A stretch of 63,963 nt of DNA, counting the filler, from Vicugna vicugna (lineage: Eukaryota), in the NCBI GenBank assembly GCA_013265495.1. It is 80 parts of 79 records of this genome, joined end to end, with 100 filler letters (N's around TTAATTAATTAA, not from the genome) between each part and the next. Parts side by side here need not be neighbours in the genome. Positions count along the whole stretch, not along the records: positions 36,184 to 37,267 come from MU062398.1; positions 37,368 to 37,887 come from PNXW01024136.1; positions 37,988 to 38,456 come from PNXW01024137.1; positions 38,557 to 39,308 come from MU062402.1; positions 39,409 to 39,820 come from PNXW01024143.1; positions 39,921 to 40,996 come from MU062403.1; positions 41,097 to 41,811 come from MU062404.1; positions 41,912 to 42,495 come from PNXW01024152.1; 72 more parts are not named here. The stretch is one strand, 5' to 3'. The notes under the pieces are model-generated. The model saw only the letters and a list, made by a program, of their open reading frames with translations, searched no databases and had not been told where the DNA came from. How positions within the stretch are numbered: the first letter of the stretch is position 1; each line of letters starts with the position of its first letter. Made by a program: the position numbers and the translations under genes. Of the stretch, positions 36,184 through 49,349 are shown piece by piece.

Positions 36184-36910
36184 GAAAAGGAGATATAGAT
36201 ATACAAAGAAACAGGTTGTTCACAAGAAAGAGGAAAAAGGTGTGAGGAAAAATAAATATTTGACGAAAATTAAGAGAGAAAATTTTCCAGTTGCAAATTA
36301 AATGAGTCAGGGGCAAGAAATGTGCTGTATGGGGAATAGTAAATAAATATGAAATATCTTTAAATAGCAACATATCATAACTAGATATATTCTTGTGATC
36401 AGTTTGAAATTTACTAAATATAGCAAACAGTATGTTGTGTAAGAGGAACTAAAACAGTTTATAAATTAAAGTACACTTTGAAAACTAACATTCTTTTAGA
36501 GAAAAAATTAGATTTGTAGTTAACAGAGGCAGGGGTTGGGAATGGTGTATTTGATTAATGCACTCAAAAGCCACAAACCACCAGCTGTAAAACAAATGTG
36601 TCCTAGGGATGCCCCAAATTAACATGAAAATTACAATTAATACTGCTTTATGTTATATATGAATGTTGTTAAGGGANNNNNNNNNNNNNNNNNNNNNNNN
36701 NNNNNNNNNNNNNNNNNNNNNNNNNNNNNNNNNNNNNNNNNNNNNNNNNNNNNNNNNNNNNNNNNNNNNNNNNNNNNNNNNNAATGAATTCTCCCTAAAG
36801 TTGCTATGATATTTATTTCATGAAACTTGTAAATCAAATCACTATCCTGTTCACCTAAACTTACACAATATTCTACACAAATTATATCTCAATAGAATCA
36901 GAAGGAAAAA
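36184..36910 (+). mobile_element. Second copy of the same composite L1 3'-end unit
   Basis: Colinear and highly similar to 4145-4775. Confidence 0.8.
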
Positions 36911-37479
36911 TGGAAAGTCAATATTGAATTATTCCCATAACATTTCTCATGATTGCTTCTGAAGCAAGTAAACTTGAGTCATGATATACTTATCCAAGGT
37001 AAAGATACTAATAAATAAGTGATTCTAATAAATAATACATAAAGATACTAATAAAATAAGTGTTTTACCATGACTTAAACTTCCTTCATGTTAGCCTACT
37101 GCTCCTGTAGGCATCAAAATTTCACTTTGTGTATTCATCTGAGATTAGGAAATGGATACAAATTTTAAACTGGCTGCTTTTTCTCTGAGAAATAAAGTTC
37201 ACTAACTCTGACCGATGGTCTTATCTCCCCGAAAGCATCTGTAAGAAATGAACATACTAGGTTGCTANNNNNNNNNNNNNNNNNNNNNNNNNNNNNNNNN
37301 NNNNNNNNNNNTTAATTAATTAANNNNNNNNNNNNNNNNNNNNNNNNNNNNNNNNNNNNNNNNNNNNAGGCGAAGACGAAAAGCATCTTTCAAGCTCCCA
37401 CTTCCCAGCAGCATTAGTTCTGACTTTACTAGTTTTCCGGTAATTCTGAGTGAGATTAGAAATTACCTGGACATAGGGA

Positions 37480-37790
37480 TCATATTCAAATGGTGGTTCT
37501 GACCATTCTTAGCTGCATGATTACTGATTAAAAGGTTACCCGTCTGCCTCGTGTAAAATGGGGGACCTAGCACCGTGCTTGTGGGCTGCTGTGAGCGTAA
37601 TGAAATGACATCAATATAGGCCCTCCTGACTCTCAGAGGTAATTGCTACTAATGTCCCCATTTGGGACACCAAGAAACAGAGGCACAGAAAGCGTCAAAC
37701 ATTTGCCCAAGATGAAGTTGGGGTCAGGAATCAAGCCAATGACTTCGTGGATCCAGAGCCCAGGATTTTCTTATAAACAACAATGCACTG
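37480..37790. mobile_element. Two MIR fragments in opposite orientation
   Basis: TGTAAAATGGGG core (+) and CCCATTT..GAAACAGAGGCACAGA..TTGCCCAAG (-). Confidence 0.65.
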
Positions 37791-38556
37791 CCCAGGCTCC
37801 CTGCTCCAAAACCCGGCTTCCTTTGGCTCAGATCCATGGTGACTCCATGGCACAGATGTCATCACTGCCTGCCTGCCTGCCCGGTGTNNNNNNNNNNNNN
37901 NNNNNNNNNNNNNNNNNNNNNNNNNNNNNNNTTAATTAATTAANNNNNNNNNNNNNNNNNNNNNNNNNNNNNNNNNNNNNNNNNNNNTTATAATACTTTT
38001 AAAATGCCATGGATTCAGGTTGCCAATATTTATTTAGAATGGATTTACAGACACTGAGTGAAAAATTTACATTGTAGCTTGAGGGTACATTTATTTATTT
38101 AAAAATTTTATCTCTCATTTTGAGTTTGGCTTATGTTTAATGGAATTTATTTCTAAATAAAAAATATAAATTTTGGTAGAACTGGATTTGCTACAGTTTA
38201 CTGATACAGAACATAGCTATTATTTACAATTATTGCACAAGACACTTGGCTTAAATTGCCACGTATTATACTAACAATGCCTACTGTTTCAGGACTGAGA
38301 AACATATTGCTTCCTAAAATGTATTACTTGGTCTTTTCCACCCTAACATACATATACTGTTATATCTTTGTTTTTTGATTGATGTTTGCCCCTTAATGGA
38401 GGCAATACTTATTGAAACCAGTATCTTGTGCATAAGTCTATTTATCAACATCATTTNNNNNNNNNNNNNNNNNNNNNNNNNNNNNNNNNNNNNNNNNNNN
38501 TTAATTAATTAANNNNNNNNNNNNNNNNNNNNNNNNNNNNNNNNNNNNNNNNNNNN

Positions 38557-39308
38557 ATATTCTGCATTCCATTTCTATATTCTGGGATCTATATTCTCTA
38601 TACTATATTCTATATTTTGTGTTATTCACTCTATATTCTACCTTCTATTTTCTCCATTCCGTAGTCTATATTCTATATTCTGTGTTATTCATTCTATATT
38701 CTAAATTCTATATACAGTATTCTGCATTCTCTATTCTAAATTNNNNNNNNNNNNNNNNNNNNNNNNNNNNNNNNNNNNNNNNNNNNNNNNNNNNNNNNNN
38801 NNNNNNNNNNNNNNNNNNNNNNNNNNNNNNNNNNNNNNNNNNNNNNNNNNNNNNNNNNNNNNNNNNNNNNNNNNNNNNNNNNNNNNNNNNNNNNNNNNNN
38901 NNNNNNNNNNNNNNNNNNNNNNNNNNNNNNNNNNNNNNNNNNNNNNNNNNNNNNNNNNNNNNNNNNNNNNNNNNNNNNNNNNNNNNNNNNNNNNNNNNNN
39001 NNNNNNNNNNNNNNNNNNNNNNNNNNNNNNNNNNNNNNNNNNNNNNNNNNNNNNNNNNNNNNNNNNNNNNNNNNNNNNNNNNNNNNNNNNNNNNNNNNNN
39101 NNNNNNNNNNNNNNNNNNNNNNNNNNNNNNNNNNNNNNNNNNNNNNNNNNNNNNNNNNNNNNNNNNNNNNNNNNNNNNNNNNNNNNNNNNNNNNNNNNNN
39201 NNNNNNNNNNNNNAGTATTCTGTATATTGTTAATTATTTGTTCTGAAGTCCATGTTCTCAAAACTCGGTTTTGTATTCTGTTTTCCATATTCTCTATTCT
39301 GTGTTCTA
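38557..39308 (-). repeat. Satellite S1 (7-bp unit), gapped
   Basis: ATATTCT array. Confidence 0.95.
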
Positions 39309-39408
39309 NNNNNNNNNNNNNNNNNNNNNNNNNNNNNNNNNNNNNNNNNNNNTTAATTAATTAANNNNNNNNNNNNNNNNNNNNNNNNNNNNNNNNNNNN
39401 NNNNNNNN

Positions 39409-39820
39409 TCATCAGTTTCAAGAATCACACTTTGATCCCACAAAAACTTTCTAAGAGCGAATTCTACCCTAGAGATAGGTAATTTGAATAGATACCATCT
39501 ACATGATATATCGTGTTTCATGCATGCTACATATATGATGGATTCGAAAACCATACATTCCTGAGTTGAGGTCATCTGGATTACTAATCTTTCCTCCTCT
39601 ATAAAATTAATATTTTCATCTAGACACGTGTACACATTTTCACAAACTTTCCCTAACACCAGGTTCAAATTCGTGAGTTTTTCACAGAAAAATAGTTCTG
39701 GAACGATTTCCACCTAACAGATATGTAATGTACATGTATTCCAACAACATGGCATTCCGGGGTCCGTTCATATCATATACATGCATGACGGATTCGGCAA
39801 TCATGCAGTTCTGACTTGTG
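39409..39820 (-). repeat. Satellite S3a
   Basis: Reverse complement of the B/C monomers. Confidence 0.95.
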
Positions 39821-39920
39821 NNNNNNNNNNNNNNNNNNNNNNNNNNNNNNNNNNNNNNNNNNNNTTAATTAATTAANNNNNNNNNNNNNNNNNNNNNNNN
39901 NNNNNNNNNNNNNNNNNNNN

Positions 39921-40996
39921 ATAGTGCATAGGTAACTTGTTTGGTATTTGAAACATCAGTCATGCCGATGTTCACAACTCAGAAATCAACGTTGAGGAAT
40001 CCGTGATGCATGAAACATACTCGTAATACGGAATGCCATGGTTATGTAAACAATGTGAATTACATGTGTATTTGTGAGAATTCGCTCAAAGAGTGTTTTC
40101 TGGTCCCAGATATCCGATTATAGATCCTGGTGATAGAAAAATCTATGAAGTCAGAATAAATAATTCTAAGTGTATATACGCATTGTTAATTGTTTGGTAA
40201 AGCTCAGTAATCCACATGCTCACAAGTCAGAAATGCATGATTGCCGAATCCGTCATTCATGTAACATGTACGGAACCCGGAATGCCATGTTGATGGAATT
40301 CATGTAAATTACATACAAATTAGGTGGAAATCACTTCAGAAATATTTCTTTTGTGAAAAATGCACGAATTCGTACCTGGTTTTAGGGAAAGTTTGTGAAA
40401 ATGTGTACACGTGTCTAGAAGAAAATATTACTTTTATAGAGGAGGAAAGATTAGTAATCCAGATGACCTCAACTCAGGAATGTATATTTGTCNNNNNNNN
40501 NNNNNNNNNNNNNNNNNNNNNNNNNNNNNNNNNNNNNNNNNNNNNNNNNNNNNNNNNNNNNNNNNNNNNNNNNNNNNNNNNNNNNNNNNNNNNNNNNNNN
40601 NNNNNNNNNNNNNNNNNNNNNNNNNNNNNNNNNNNNNNNNNNNNNNNNNNNNNNNNNNNNNNNNNNNNNNNNNNNNNNNNNNNNNNNNNNNNNNNNNNNN
40701 NNNNNNNNNNNNNNNNNNNNNNNNNNNNNNNNNNNNNNNNNNNNNNNNNNNNNNNNNNNNNNNNNNNNNNNNNNNNNNNNNNNNNNNNNNNNNNNNNNNN
40801 NNNNNNNNNNNNNGTGAGAATTCGCTCAAAGAGTGTTTTCTGGTGCCAGATGTCCGATTATAGATCCTGGTGATAGAAAAATCTATGAAGTCAGAGTAAA
40901 TAATTCTAAGTGTATATACGCATTGTTTAGTGGATGAAAGGTCAGTTATTTACATGCTCACAAGTCAGAAATGCATGATTGCCGAATCTGTCATGC
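39921..40996 (+). repeat. Satellite S3a, gapped
   Basis: GTGAGAATTCGCTCAAAGAG at 40074 and 40814 (740 across an estimated gap). Confidence 0.95.
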
Positions 40997-41911
40997 NNNN
41001 NNNNNNNNNNNNNNNNNNNNNNNNNNNNNNNNNNNNNNNNTTAATTAATTAANNNNNNNNNNNNNNNNNNNNNNNNNNNNNNNNNNNNNNNNNNNNAAAA
41101 AGTGGAGGTTCTAGTATTATTTTATATTTCCCATGTACCAGGTATAGTATGCAAGCCACTTGGGACAAGGACCAGAGCAACCACGTTAATAGGCCACGGA
41201 GCAAGTCGTGCAGTCAGGCCCCTGCAGCCCCGAAACCCATGTCCTCATCAGCTCCGTAGTTACCAGTGGATGTTGTAGGGATTTATGGGNNNNNNNNNNN
41301 NNNNNNNNNNNNGCTGGGATGTGTGTGTTTAAATCCACATCTTCAGAAATTCGGCTAGAACCACAGCCACTGATTGTCTGCATGGAGGCAGAGGAGGGGA
41401 GGCTTGCAGACTCTAGTCCAGCTTGTGAGGAGCTCAGAAGTTGCTCCTTCTGTCCTTAAAATACCAGAGCTGAGGGAGTTGAAAACCCACTGCTCTTCTT
41501 AGATCCACAAGAAAACTGAGGAGGAAAGCTGCTCCCAACCCAGAGAGGCAGCCGGGCAGGCTTAGAAAGTCACAGCTCCCAGGGAAGAACCGTCTTTTGT
41601 AAGAACCCCGGGGGCAGGCAGATTTAACAGGTCCCTGAGGCCAGCGGGAGGCTCAGCGTGGGGAAATCTGAGTGTGACAACTCCAGGGGGCCAGTCAGAG
41701 GGGCCCCCTGCTCTTTCCATGCATTGTACCTCCAAGAACGTGTCCTGTTCTCAGAATGAAGGTCAAAGGAAAATTCCTCATGCTTCCTGCCTGGAAAGGA
41801 GAAAATAACTCNNNNNNNNNNNNNNNNNNNNNNNNNNNNNNNNNNNNNNNNNNNNTTAATTAATTAANNNNNNNNNNNNNNNNNNNNNNNNNNNNNNNNN
41901 NNNNNNNNNNN

Positions 41912-42495
41912 TTTTCACAAGCTTTCCCTAAAACTAGTTTCGAATTCGTGCTTTTTCCACAGAAATATTGTTCTGGAGCGATTTCAAACTAACAGGTATG
42001 TAATTTACATTAATTCCAACAACATGGCATTCCGGCTTCCGTACATGCTACATATATGACGGAATTGGCAATCATGAGTTTCTGACGTGTGAGCATGGGG
42101 ATTACTGACCTTTCATTCTCCGAACAAGGCGAATATATACTTAGAAATATTTACTCTGACTTCATAGGTTTTCCTATTACCAGGTTCTAAAATCGGACAA
42201 ATTTCCTCCAGAAAACACTCTTTGAGCGAATTCTCACCAATACATATGTAATTGACATTGTTTACATAACCATGGCATTCCGTATTACGAACATGTCAAT
42301 GCATCATGGATTCCTCAAACATGAATTTCTGAGTTGTGAACATGCGCATGACTGATGTTTCAACCACCAAACAAGTTACTTATTCTCTCTGAAATATTTA
42401 TTTTGACTTTGTAGCTTCTTCCTTTCATTCCTTTCACCAGTTACAAGAATCACTCTTGATCTCAAAAAACCCTCTTGGAGCGAATTCTAACCTAG
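41912..42495 (-). repeat. Satellite S3a
   Basis: Reverse complement monomers. Confidence 0.95.
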
Positions 42496-42595
42496 NNNNN
42501 NNNNNNNNNNNNNNNNNNNNNNNNNNNNNNNNNNNNNNNTTAATTAATTAANNNNNNNNNNNNNNNNNNNNNNNNNNNNNNNNNNNNNNNNNNNN

Positions 42596-43595
42596 CCGTT
42601 CCCTTTGTGCTTGATGAACGAACGTCTCTCAACATGCTCAATTCTGAGAGATAAGTGAGTGTGAAGCCGTACTTCACCAAGCTTGAAGGGAACACAAGGT
42701 TTCTTTTCAGTTGCCAACTCCACTCCATACATATATATGGGGCGGTACAAGCTCCAACTCGGTTTTACATTGAAAAAGGCAGGCACTTCAAACCGGCACT
42801 AGGAAACAGACTGAGAAACCATAGTGTTTCACCTGCAACCCGTTCCCTTTGTGCTTGATGAACGAACGTCTCTCAACATGCTCAGTTCTGAGAGATAAGT
42901 GTTTGTGAAAGCCATCCTTCACCTAGCATGAAGGGAACAAATAGTTCCTTTAAGTTGTCGACTCCACTCCATACATATATATGGGGCGGTACAAGCTCCA
43001 ACTCGGTTTTACATTGAAAAAGGCAGGCACTTCAAACCGGCACTAGGAGACAGACTGAGAAACCAGAGTATGTGTTTCTCCTGCAACACGTTCCCTTTGT
43101 GCTGAATGAGCGAACGTCTCTCCACATGTTCATTTCTGATAGATAAGTGTGTGTGAAAGCCGACCTTCACCTAGCTTGAAGGGAACACAAAGTTTCTTTT
43201 CAGTTGCCATCCCAACTCCATACATATATATGGGGAGGTACAAGCTCCAACACGGTTTTACAGTTAAAACGGCTGACACTTCAAACCGGCACTAGGAAAC
43301 AGACTGAGAAACCAGAGTAAGATTTGCCCTTGCAACCCATTCCCTTTGTGCTGGATGAGCGAACGTCTCTCCACATGCNNNNNNNNNNNNNNNNNNNNNN
43401 NNNNNNNNNNNNNNNNNNNNNNNNNNNNNNNNNNNNNNNNTTTCTTTACAGTTGCCAACTCCACTCCATACATATATATGGGGAGGTACAAGCTCCAACT
43501 CGGTTTTACAGTGAAAACGGTAATCACTTCAAACCGGTTTTAGGAAAGATAATGAGAAACCAGAGTAAGTGTTTCTCCTACAACCCGTTCCCTTT
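42596..43595 (+). repeat. Satellite S3b, ~248-bp monomer
   Basis: [C/A]C[G/A]TTCCCTTT at 42596, 42840, 43088, 43337 and 43585. Confidence 0.96.
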
Positions 43596-43695
43596 NNNNN
43601 NNNNNNNNNNNNNNNNNNNNNNNNNNNNNNNNNNNNNNNTTAATTAATTAANNNNNNNNNNNNNNNNNNNNNNNNNNNNNNNNNNNNNNNNNNNN

Positions 43696-44468
43696 TGGAG
43701 ATTTTAAAACTACATCCCTAACCTTTAAACACCTGACCCCTTATACATGCATGGTCTCCCTTTCCCCACTTCCAGCACACCCACGAAGAAGAGTTCTGGT
43801 GTACTGAGTGTGGGTAGGTACCTCCAAATGACAGCAGCACCTGGGAACATATAATATCACTTGGCTTGCTTTCCCTGAGTGTTTCCTTTGGCCAGGCTGT
43901 GAGCGAAGGTGGGTGTTGGGCACTAAAAACTAGTAATAGCGAGTGCCTCTCTATGGGCATTGGAGGTGTTTAAAATACATCCCCAAACTTGGAACACCTG
44001 AGCCCCCCCAAAAATGCGTGGACTCTGTTTCCCCACCTCCAGCACACACACTGAGACGTGCTCAGGTATCCTGATTGTGGGGAGTCTCCTCCAAATGCCA
44101 GCAGCGCCTGGGTTCTTATAGAATCCCTTAGCTTGTCTTCCCTGATGGCATTCCTAGACTGGAGAGGGGTGGAATGTGGGGGTTGGGCTCTAAACCAAGT
44201 ATTAGCGAGAGCCTATCGATGGGATGTGGCTGTTTAACATACAACGCACAACCATGGAATAACTGTGCCCCCTGTAAGATGCTTTGACTCTGTTTCACTA
44301 CATCCAGCTCACACACGAAGAAGTGTTCTGGTATTCTGAGTGTAGGGAGGCTCCACAGACAGTAGCAGATTTTATTGGATCCATTAGGTTGATATTCCTG
44401 AGTATATACCTTGGCCGGATTGTGAGCGAAATTGCGGGTTGTGGTCTAAAACCAAGTATTAGCGAGTT
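43696..44468 (+). repeat. Satellite S2b (~267 bp)
   Basis: CTGA[G/T]TGT[G/A]GG at 43804, 44071 and 44336 (periods 267, 265). Confidence 0.93.
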
Positions 44469-45287
44469 NNNNNNNNNNNNNNNNNNNNNNNNNNNNNNNN
44501 NNNNNNNNNNNNTTAATTAATTAANNNNNNNNNNNNNNNNNNNNNNNNNNNNNNNNNNNNNNNNNNNNAAATCTATCCACAACTATTCCCCACCCCGTGT
44601 TATAAGAAACCAACACCCAAGTTAAGCTTCCTGAACACCTATGTAGAAGTGAGAAATGAGACCCTTGGGTGGGGCTTTGTGCAGATGATACTGAGAGCTT
44701 ATTCAGGATGGCTTCTTCATAATTTCTTTTAAACAACCCTTTCAGTGTATTTAGTCAGATACATTGAGAACATGCCCTTTTGATGTGCGGAGTAGCTAAG
44801 ACTATGATTTTCAAATAAATTCTAGTGAGAGTTTTGTACTTGAAACCTAATTTGCATCTATCTTTGAAGATTTATGTTTCAGGAGCTTTGACTATAGAAC
44901 ACCTGTCTTTATTCAATAATGACAACTAAATGCTCAAGCAACATGTAAGAGTTTGAGCAAACTGCCCCCGCCCCGTAACGGCTGCAGCTGTAACTGGAGT
45001 CTGCGCTTTCCTCTCCCAGTACGCTTGTGCTGATCTGCTCAAAGGGGTTCGTCTAAAATTTTGTCAGTAGTCTGTTGGACAAAGTCATGAAACATTGATT
45101 GAAAGTTGCTGGAATGCAATATACCATTATTAATATTAAGTGAGCACATATTGAGTGCTTACTGTATGATGGAATTGTCCCTCAGCCNNNNNNNNNNNNN
45201 NNNNNNNNNNNNNNNNNNNNNNNNNNNNNNNTTAATTAATTAANNNNNNNNNNNNNNNNNNNNNNNNNNNNNNNNNNNNNNNNNNNN

Positions 45288-45735
45288 CGGCTTGGGGCGT
45301 CCTCCAGGGACACGGTGAGAGGACACCCTCCGGGGGCAGCACTTCCGGCAGCGCACCTGGCTGTGCTTTCTGGAAGGTGAAATGGCCAAGCGTGCGATTA
45401 TACACCTATTAATTGGTTTGGCTGGATGGTCTGGAACTTGGAAGAAACATGATAGGAAAGTTGGTCAAAAAATTAAATTGGGGAAAGATACGTGGATAGA
45501 GCGCTCCCGGTGGGNNNNNNNNNNNNNNNNNNNNNNNNNNNNNNNNNNNNNNNNNNNNNNNNNNNNNNNNNNNNNNGGGACTTTTGAATAAAGGGCCAGG
45601 ATGACCCAGGCAGCATCTTTCCCAGCCTCCTCTGTCTTCTTCCCACGATCTCATGAACAGGCGTCAGTGGTGACCAGGCCACAAATAATGCAAGGACTCA
45701 GCAACGTGAGCCACCACAAACCAAGGTCAACCCAG
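45288..45735 (+). mobile_element. ERVL internal pol (RNase H/integrase junction) fragment, decayed
   Basis: GLAGWSGTWKKHDRKVG...WGKDTW matches the recalled HERV-L/MuERV-L RNase H segment; frameshifted. Confidence 0.8.
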
Positions 45736-45965
45736 CAGTTCAAACAGTTCTGCTCATAGCCAAGAACCTTCGGGAATGAAAGCATGAGTCACCACCCCCA
45801 CCCCAAGGTTAAGAACCATGGCCAGCTGAGACGCCGGCAGAAGGCAAAGGGAACAGAGCCTGAGCAGCAGAAGGAGGGGGTTGTGGCTCCCAGCTGGGCC
45901 TGCGGGGCTGGCCACGTACGTGAAAGCTGCAGGCGTCAGGGGTGTCTCCTCTTTGCTTTGTTGTC

Positions 45966-46054
45966 AGTGTTTGTGTGTGTGTCTGTGTGTCTGTCTCTGT
46001 GTCTGTGTCTGTGTGTCTGTGTTTATGTGTCTGGGTGTGTGTGTGTCTGTGTGT
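45966..46054 (+). repeat. Compound (GT)/(GTCT) microsatellite
   Basis: Directly visible. Confidence 0.9.
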
Positions 46055-46170
46055 ACATACACATATTAAGNNNNNNNNNNNNNNNNNNNNNNNNNNNNNN
46101 NNNNNNNNNNNNNNTTAATTAATTAANNNNNNNNNNNNNNNNNNNNNNNNNNNNNNNNNNNNNNNNNNNN

Positions 46171-46819
46171 CAAGGGCAGGGAAGTTATTTCTTGGACTTC
46201 CCCGAAAAGGGAACATCTGTGACTGAAGGGAGCTTCGTGGAGTTGGGTCTCGTGCTCCCCCACGCACTGACAATGGTTCCGGAATCCTGAGCGTGGGGAG
46301 GTTCCACCAACGGTCGGCAGCGCGTGGGTTCTAACGGAATGCAAAAGCTCGTCTCCGCTGAGATTTTTCGTAATGTCTCTGTGCCAGGGAATGCTAGAGG
46401 TGTTTGCAGGATATCCCAGTGACAGAGGCTGCCTCCCCAATATCAGGGAAGTTATTTCTCGGACTTCCCCGAACAGGGAACACCTGTGACTGAAGNNNNN
46501 NNNNNNNNNNNNNNNNNNNNNNNNNNNNNNNNNNNNNNNNNNNNNNNNNNNNNNNNNNNNNNNNNNNNNNNNNNNNNNNNNNNNNNNNNNNNNNNNNNNN
46601 NNNNNNNNNNNNNNNNNNNNNNNNNNNNNNNNNNNNNNNNNNNNNNNNNNNNNNNNNNNNNNNNNNNNNNNNNNNNNNNNNNNNNNNNNNNNNNNNNNNN
46701 NNNNNNNNNNNNNNNNNNNNNNNNNCCACGCACTGGATTCCGGAATACTGAGCGTGGGGAGGTTCAACCAATGATCGGCAGCGTGTGCGTTCTAACGGAA
46801 AGCCTAAGCTCGTTTCCCC
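46171..46819 (-). repeat. Satellite S2a (267 bp)
   Basis: Reverse complement of the monomer. Confidence 0.97.
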
Positions 46820-46919
46820 NNNNNNNNNNNNNNNNNNNNNNNNNNNNNNNNNNNNNNNNNNNNTTAATTAATTAANNNNNNNNNNNNNNNNNNNNNNNNN
46901 NNNNNNNNNNNNNNNNNNN

Positions 46920-47226
46920 TTAGAATATAGAATGTAGATCACAGAATATAGAAAATAGAATACGAAATGCAGAATATAGGATACAGAATATAGAATTTAG
47001 AACTCAGAATATAGTATATAGAATAAAGAATATAGAAACCAAAATTTAGAACATGGAATGCAGAACACAGAATTTAGAATATAGAATAACGAATACTGAA
47101 TATAGAACATGAATATACAATATAGAACACAGAATTTAGAATATAGATTAGAGGATATAGAATCCAAAATTTAGAACATGGAATGCAGAACACAGAATTT
47201 AGAATATAGAATACAGAATACTGAAT
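46920..47226 (+). repeat. Satellite S1 (7-bp unit)
   Basis: AGAATAT array. Confidence 0.97.
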
Positions 47227-47326
47227 NNNNNNNNNNNNNNNNNNNNNNNNNNNNNNNNNNNNNNNNNNNNTTAATTAATTAANNNNNNNNNNNNNNNNNN
47301 NNNNNNNNNNNNNNNNNNNNNNNNNN

Positions 47327-47577
47327 TGGACAATGCTCAGAAAATGAGAAATAGAAGCATTATATGTTGCATCAATTCCAGTTTTTGGTATAAATCTGAA
47401 AAAAAGAAAACATTAACTTAAAGTATATATTACCCCAATGTTCTTTACATCATCATTTATAGTAGCCAAGGATAGAAGCACAACTCAACTGCCCATTAAC
47501 AGATTATTGGCTGAAGTAGATGTGAGATATAGATAACATAATAAATTCTTAGTCATTGTCATATTAAAAAATAAAAT
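47327..47577 (+). mobile_element. Decayed LINE-1 ORF2 3' fragment
   Basis: ACCCCAATGTTC..TTTATAGTAGCCAAG..TGCCCATTAACAGA. Confidence 0.8.
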
Positions 47578-49069
47578 NNNNNNNNNNNNNNNNNNNNNNN
47601 NNNNNNNNNNNNNNNNNNNNNNNNNNNNNNNNNNNNNNNNNNNNNNNNNNNNNNNNNNNNNNNNNNNNNNNNNNNNNNNNNNNNNNNNNNNNNNNNNNNN
47701 NNNNNNNNNNNNNNNNNNNNNNNNNNNNNNNNNNNNNNNNNNNNNNNNNNNNNNNNNNNNNNNNNNNNNNNNNNNNNNNNNNNNNNNNNNNNNNNNNNNN
47801 NNNNNNNNNNNNNNNNNNNNNNNNNNNNNNNNNNNNNNNNNNNNNNNNNNNNNNNNNNNNNNNNNNNNNNNNNNNNNNNNNNNNNNNNNNNNNNNNNNNN
47901 NNNNNNNNNNNNNNNNNNNNNNNNNNNNNNNNNNNNNNNNNNNNNNNNNNNNNNNNNNNNNNNNNNNNNNNNNNNNNNNNNNNNNNNNNNNNNNNNNNNN
48001 NNNNNNNNNNNNNNNNNNNNNNNNNNNNNNNNNNNNNNNNNNNNNNNNNNNNNNNNNNNNNNNNNNNNNNNNNNNNNNNNNNNNNNNNNNNNNNNNNNNN
48101 NNNNNNNNNNNNNNNNNNNNNNNNNNNNNNNNNNNNNNNNNNNNNNNNNNNNNNNNNNNNNNNNNNNNNNNNNNNNNNNNNNNNNNNNNNNNNNNNNNNN
48201 NNNNNNNNNNNNNNNNNNNNNNNNNNNNNNNNNNNNNNNNNNNNNNNNNNNNNNNNNNNNNNNNNNNNNNNNNNNNNNNNNNNNNNNNNNNNNNNNNNNN
48301 NNNNNNNNNNNNNNNNNNNNNNNNNNNNNNNNNNNNNNNNNNNNNNNNNNNNNNNNNNNNNNNNNNNNNNNNNNNNNNNNNNNNNNNNNNNNNNNNNNNN
48401 NNNNNNNNNNNNNNNNNNNNNNNNNNNNNNNNNNNNNNNNNAGACACTCAGACATTAATGAAACTGTCCCTACACCCCATTCACAGTGGTGGAGACAAGA
48501 TACCTTGCAACACTGGACATAGGAAAGGCACTTGCCTGATTCTAAATACCCACCTGTTTTACACCTTTCCTCAATGTGTACACTGAGTCTCATGGGATAT
48601 CAGATAAAAGGAAGGATTCACCGGCCCAGTGACAAGAGTGGCATTAAATAACAGAGAATTCTAAGAAGTGACTATGAAAGCACATCTTTTATCCAGACAG
48701 TAGCGACTGGAAAGTGNNNNNNNNNNNNNNNNNNNNNNNNNNNNNNNNNNNNNNNNNNNNTTAATTAATTAANNNNNNNNNNNNNNNNNNNNNNNNNNNN
48801 NNNNNNNNNNNNNNNNGTTTATTCTGTCATCTCGCTGTAAAATGTTCTCGTGAACATTTCACACTTGCTGTGCAAACAATGGCAAAATCGGATTTGTCTT
48901 CCAGTGTTAGAAACCAGTGAGTAAGGATTTTATAAAAGAGCTAGAAGCGGCCTCTGGAGCACCTTAAAGCTGAAAAGTGTATTGAGTTCCCTGAGTATTG
49001 ACCCCGCCGCTGTGTGTTAATTGGTGGTAGGAGATTTGGTACATATACGAAGGGGTGTAGTGATTTGAC

Positions 49070-49249
49070 TTGGGTTTAGGGTTTGCGTGCCCGCGCTGCC
49101 ACTGAGCCACGTGAGCCTGAGTCAGTTCATTCTGAGTTTTACCCTCGTCTGTGAGATGGGGACGCTCGTATCTGCTTTGTAGAATTGTGAGAAGTAGAAA
49201 TTATGTAAAGTATTTAGCACAGTGGGTATGTCAAGAGGGCTCATAAACT
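49070..49249 (+). mobile_element. MIR fragment
   Basis: GCTGCCACTGAGC..CTCGTCTGTGAGATGGGGA..ATGTAAAGTATTTAGCACAGTG. Confidence 0.7.
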
Positions 49250-49349
49250 NNNNNNNNNNNNNNNNNNNNNNNNNNNNNNNNNNNNNNNNNNNNTTAATTA
49301 ATTAANNNNNNNNNNNNNNNNNNNNNNNNNNNNNNNNNNNNNNNNNNNN

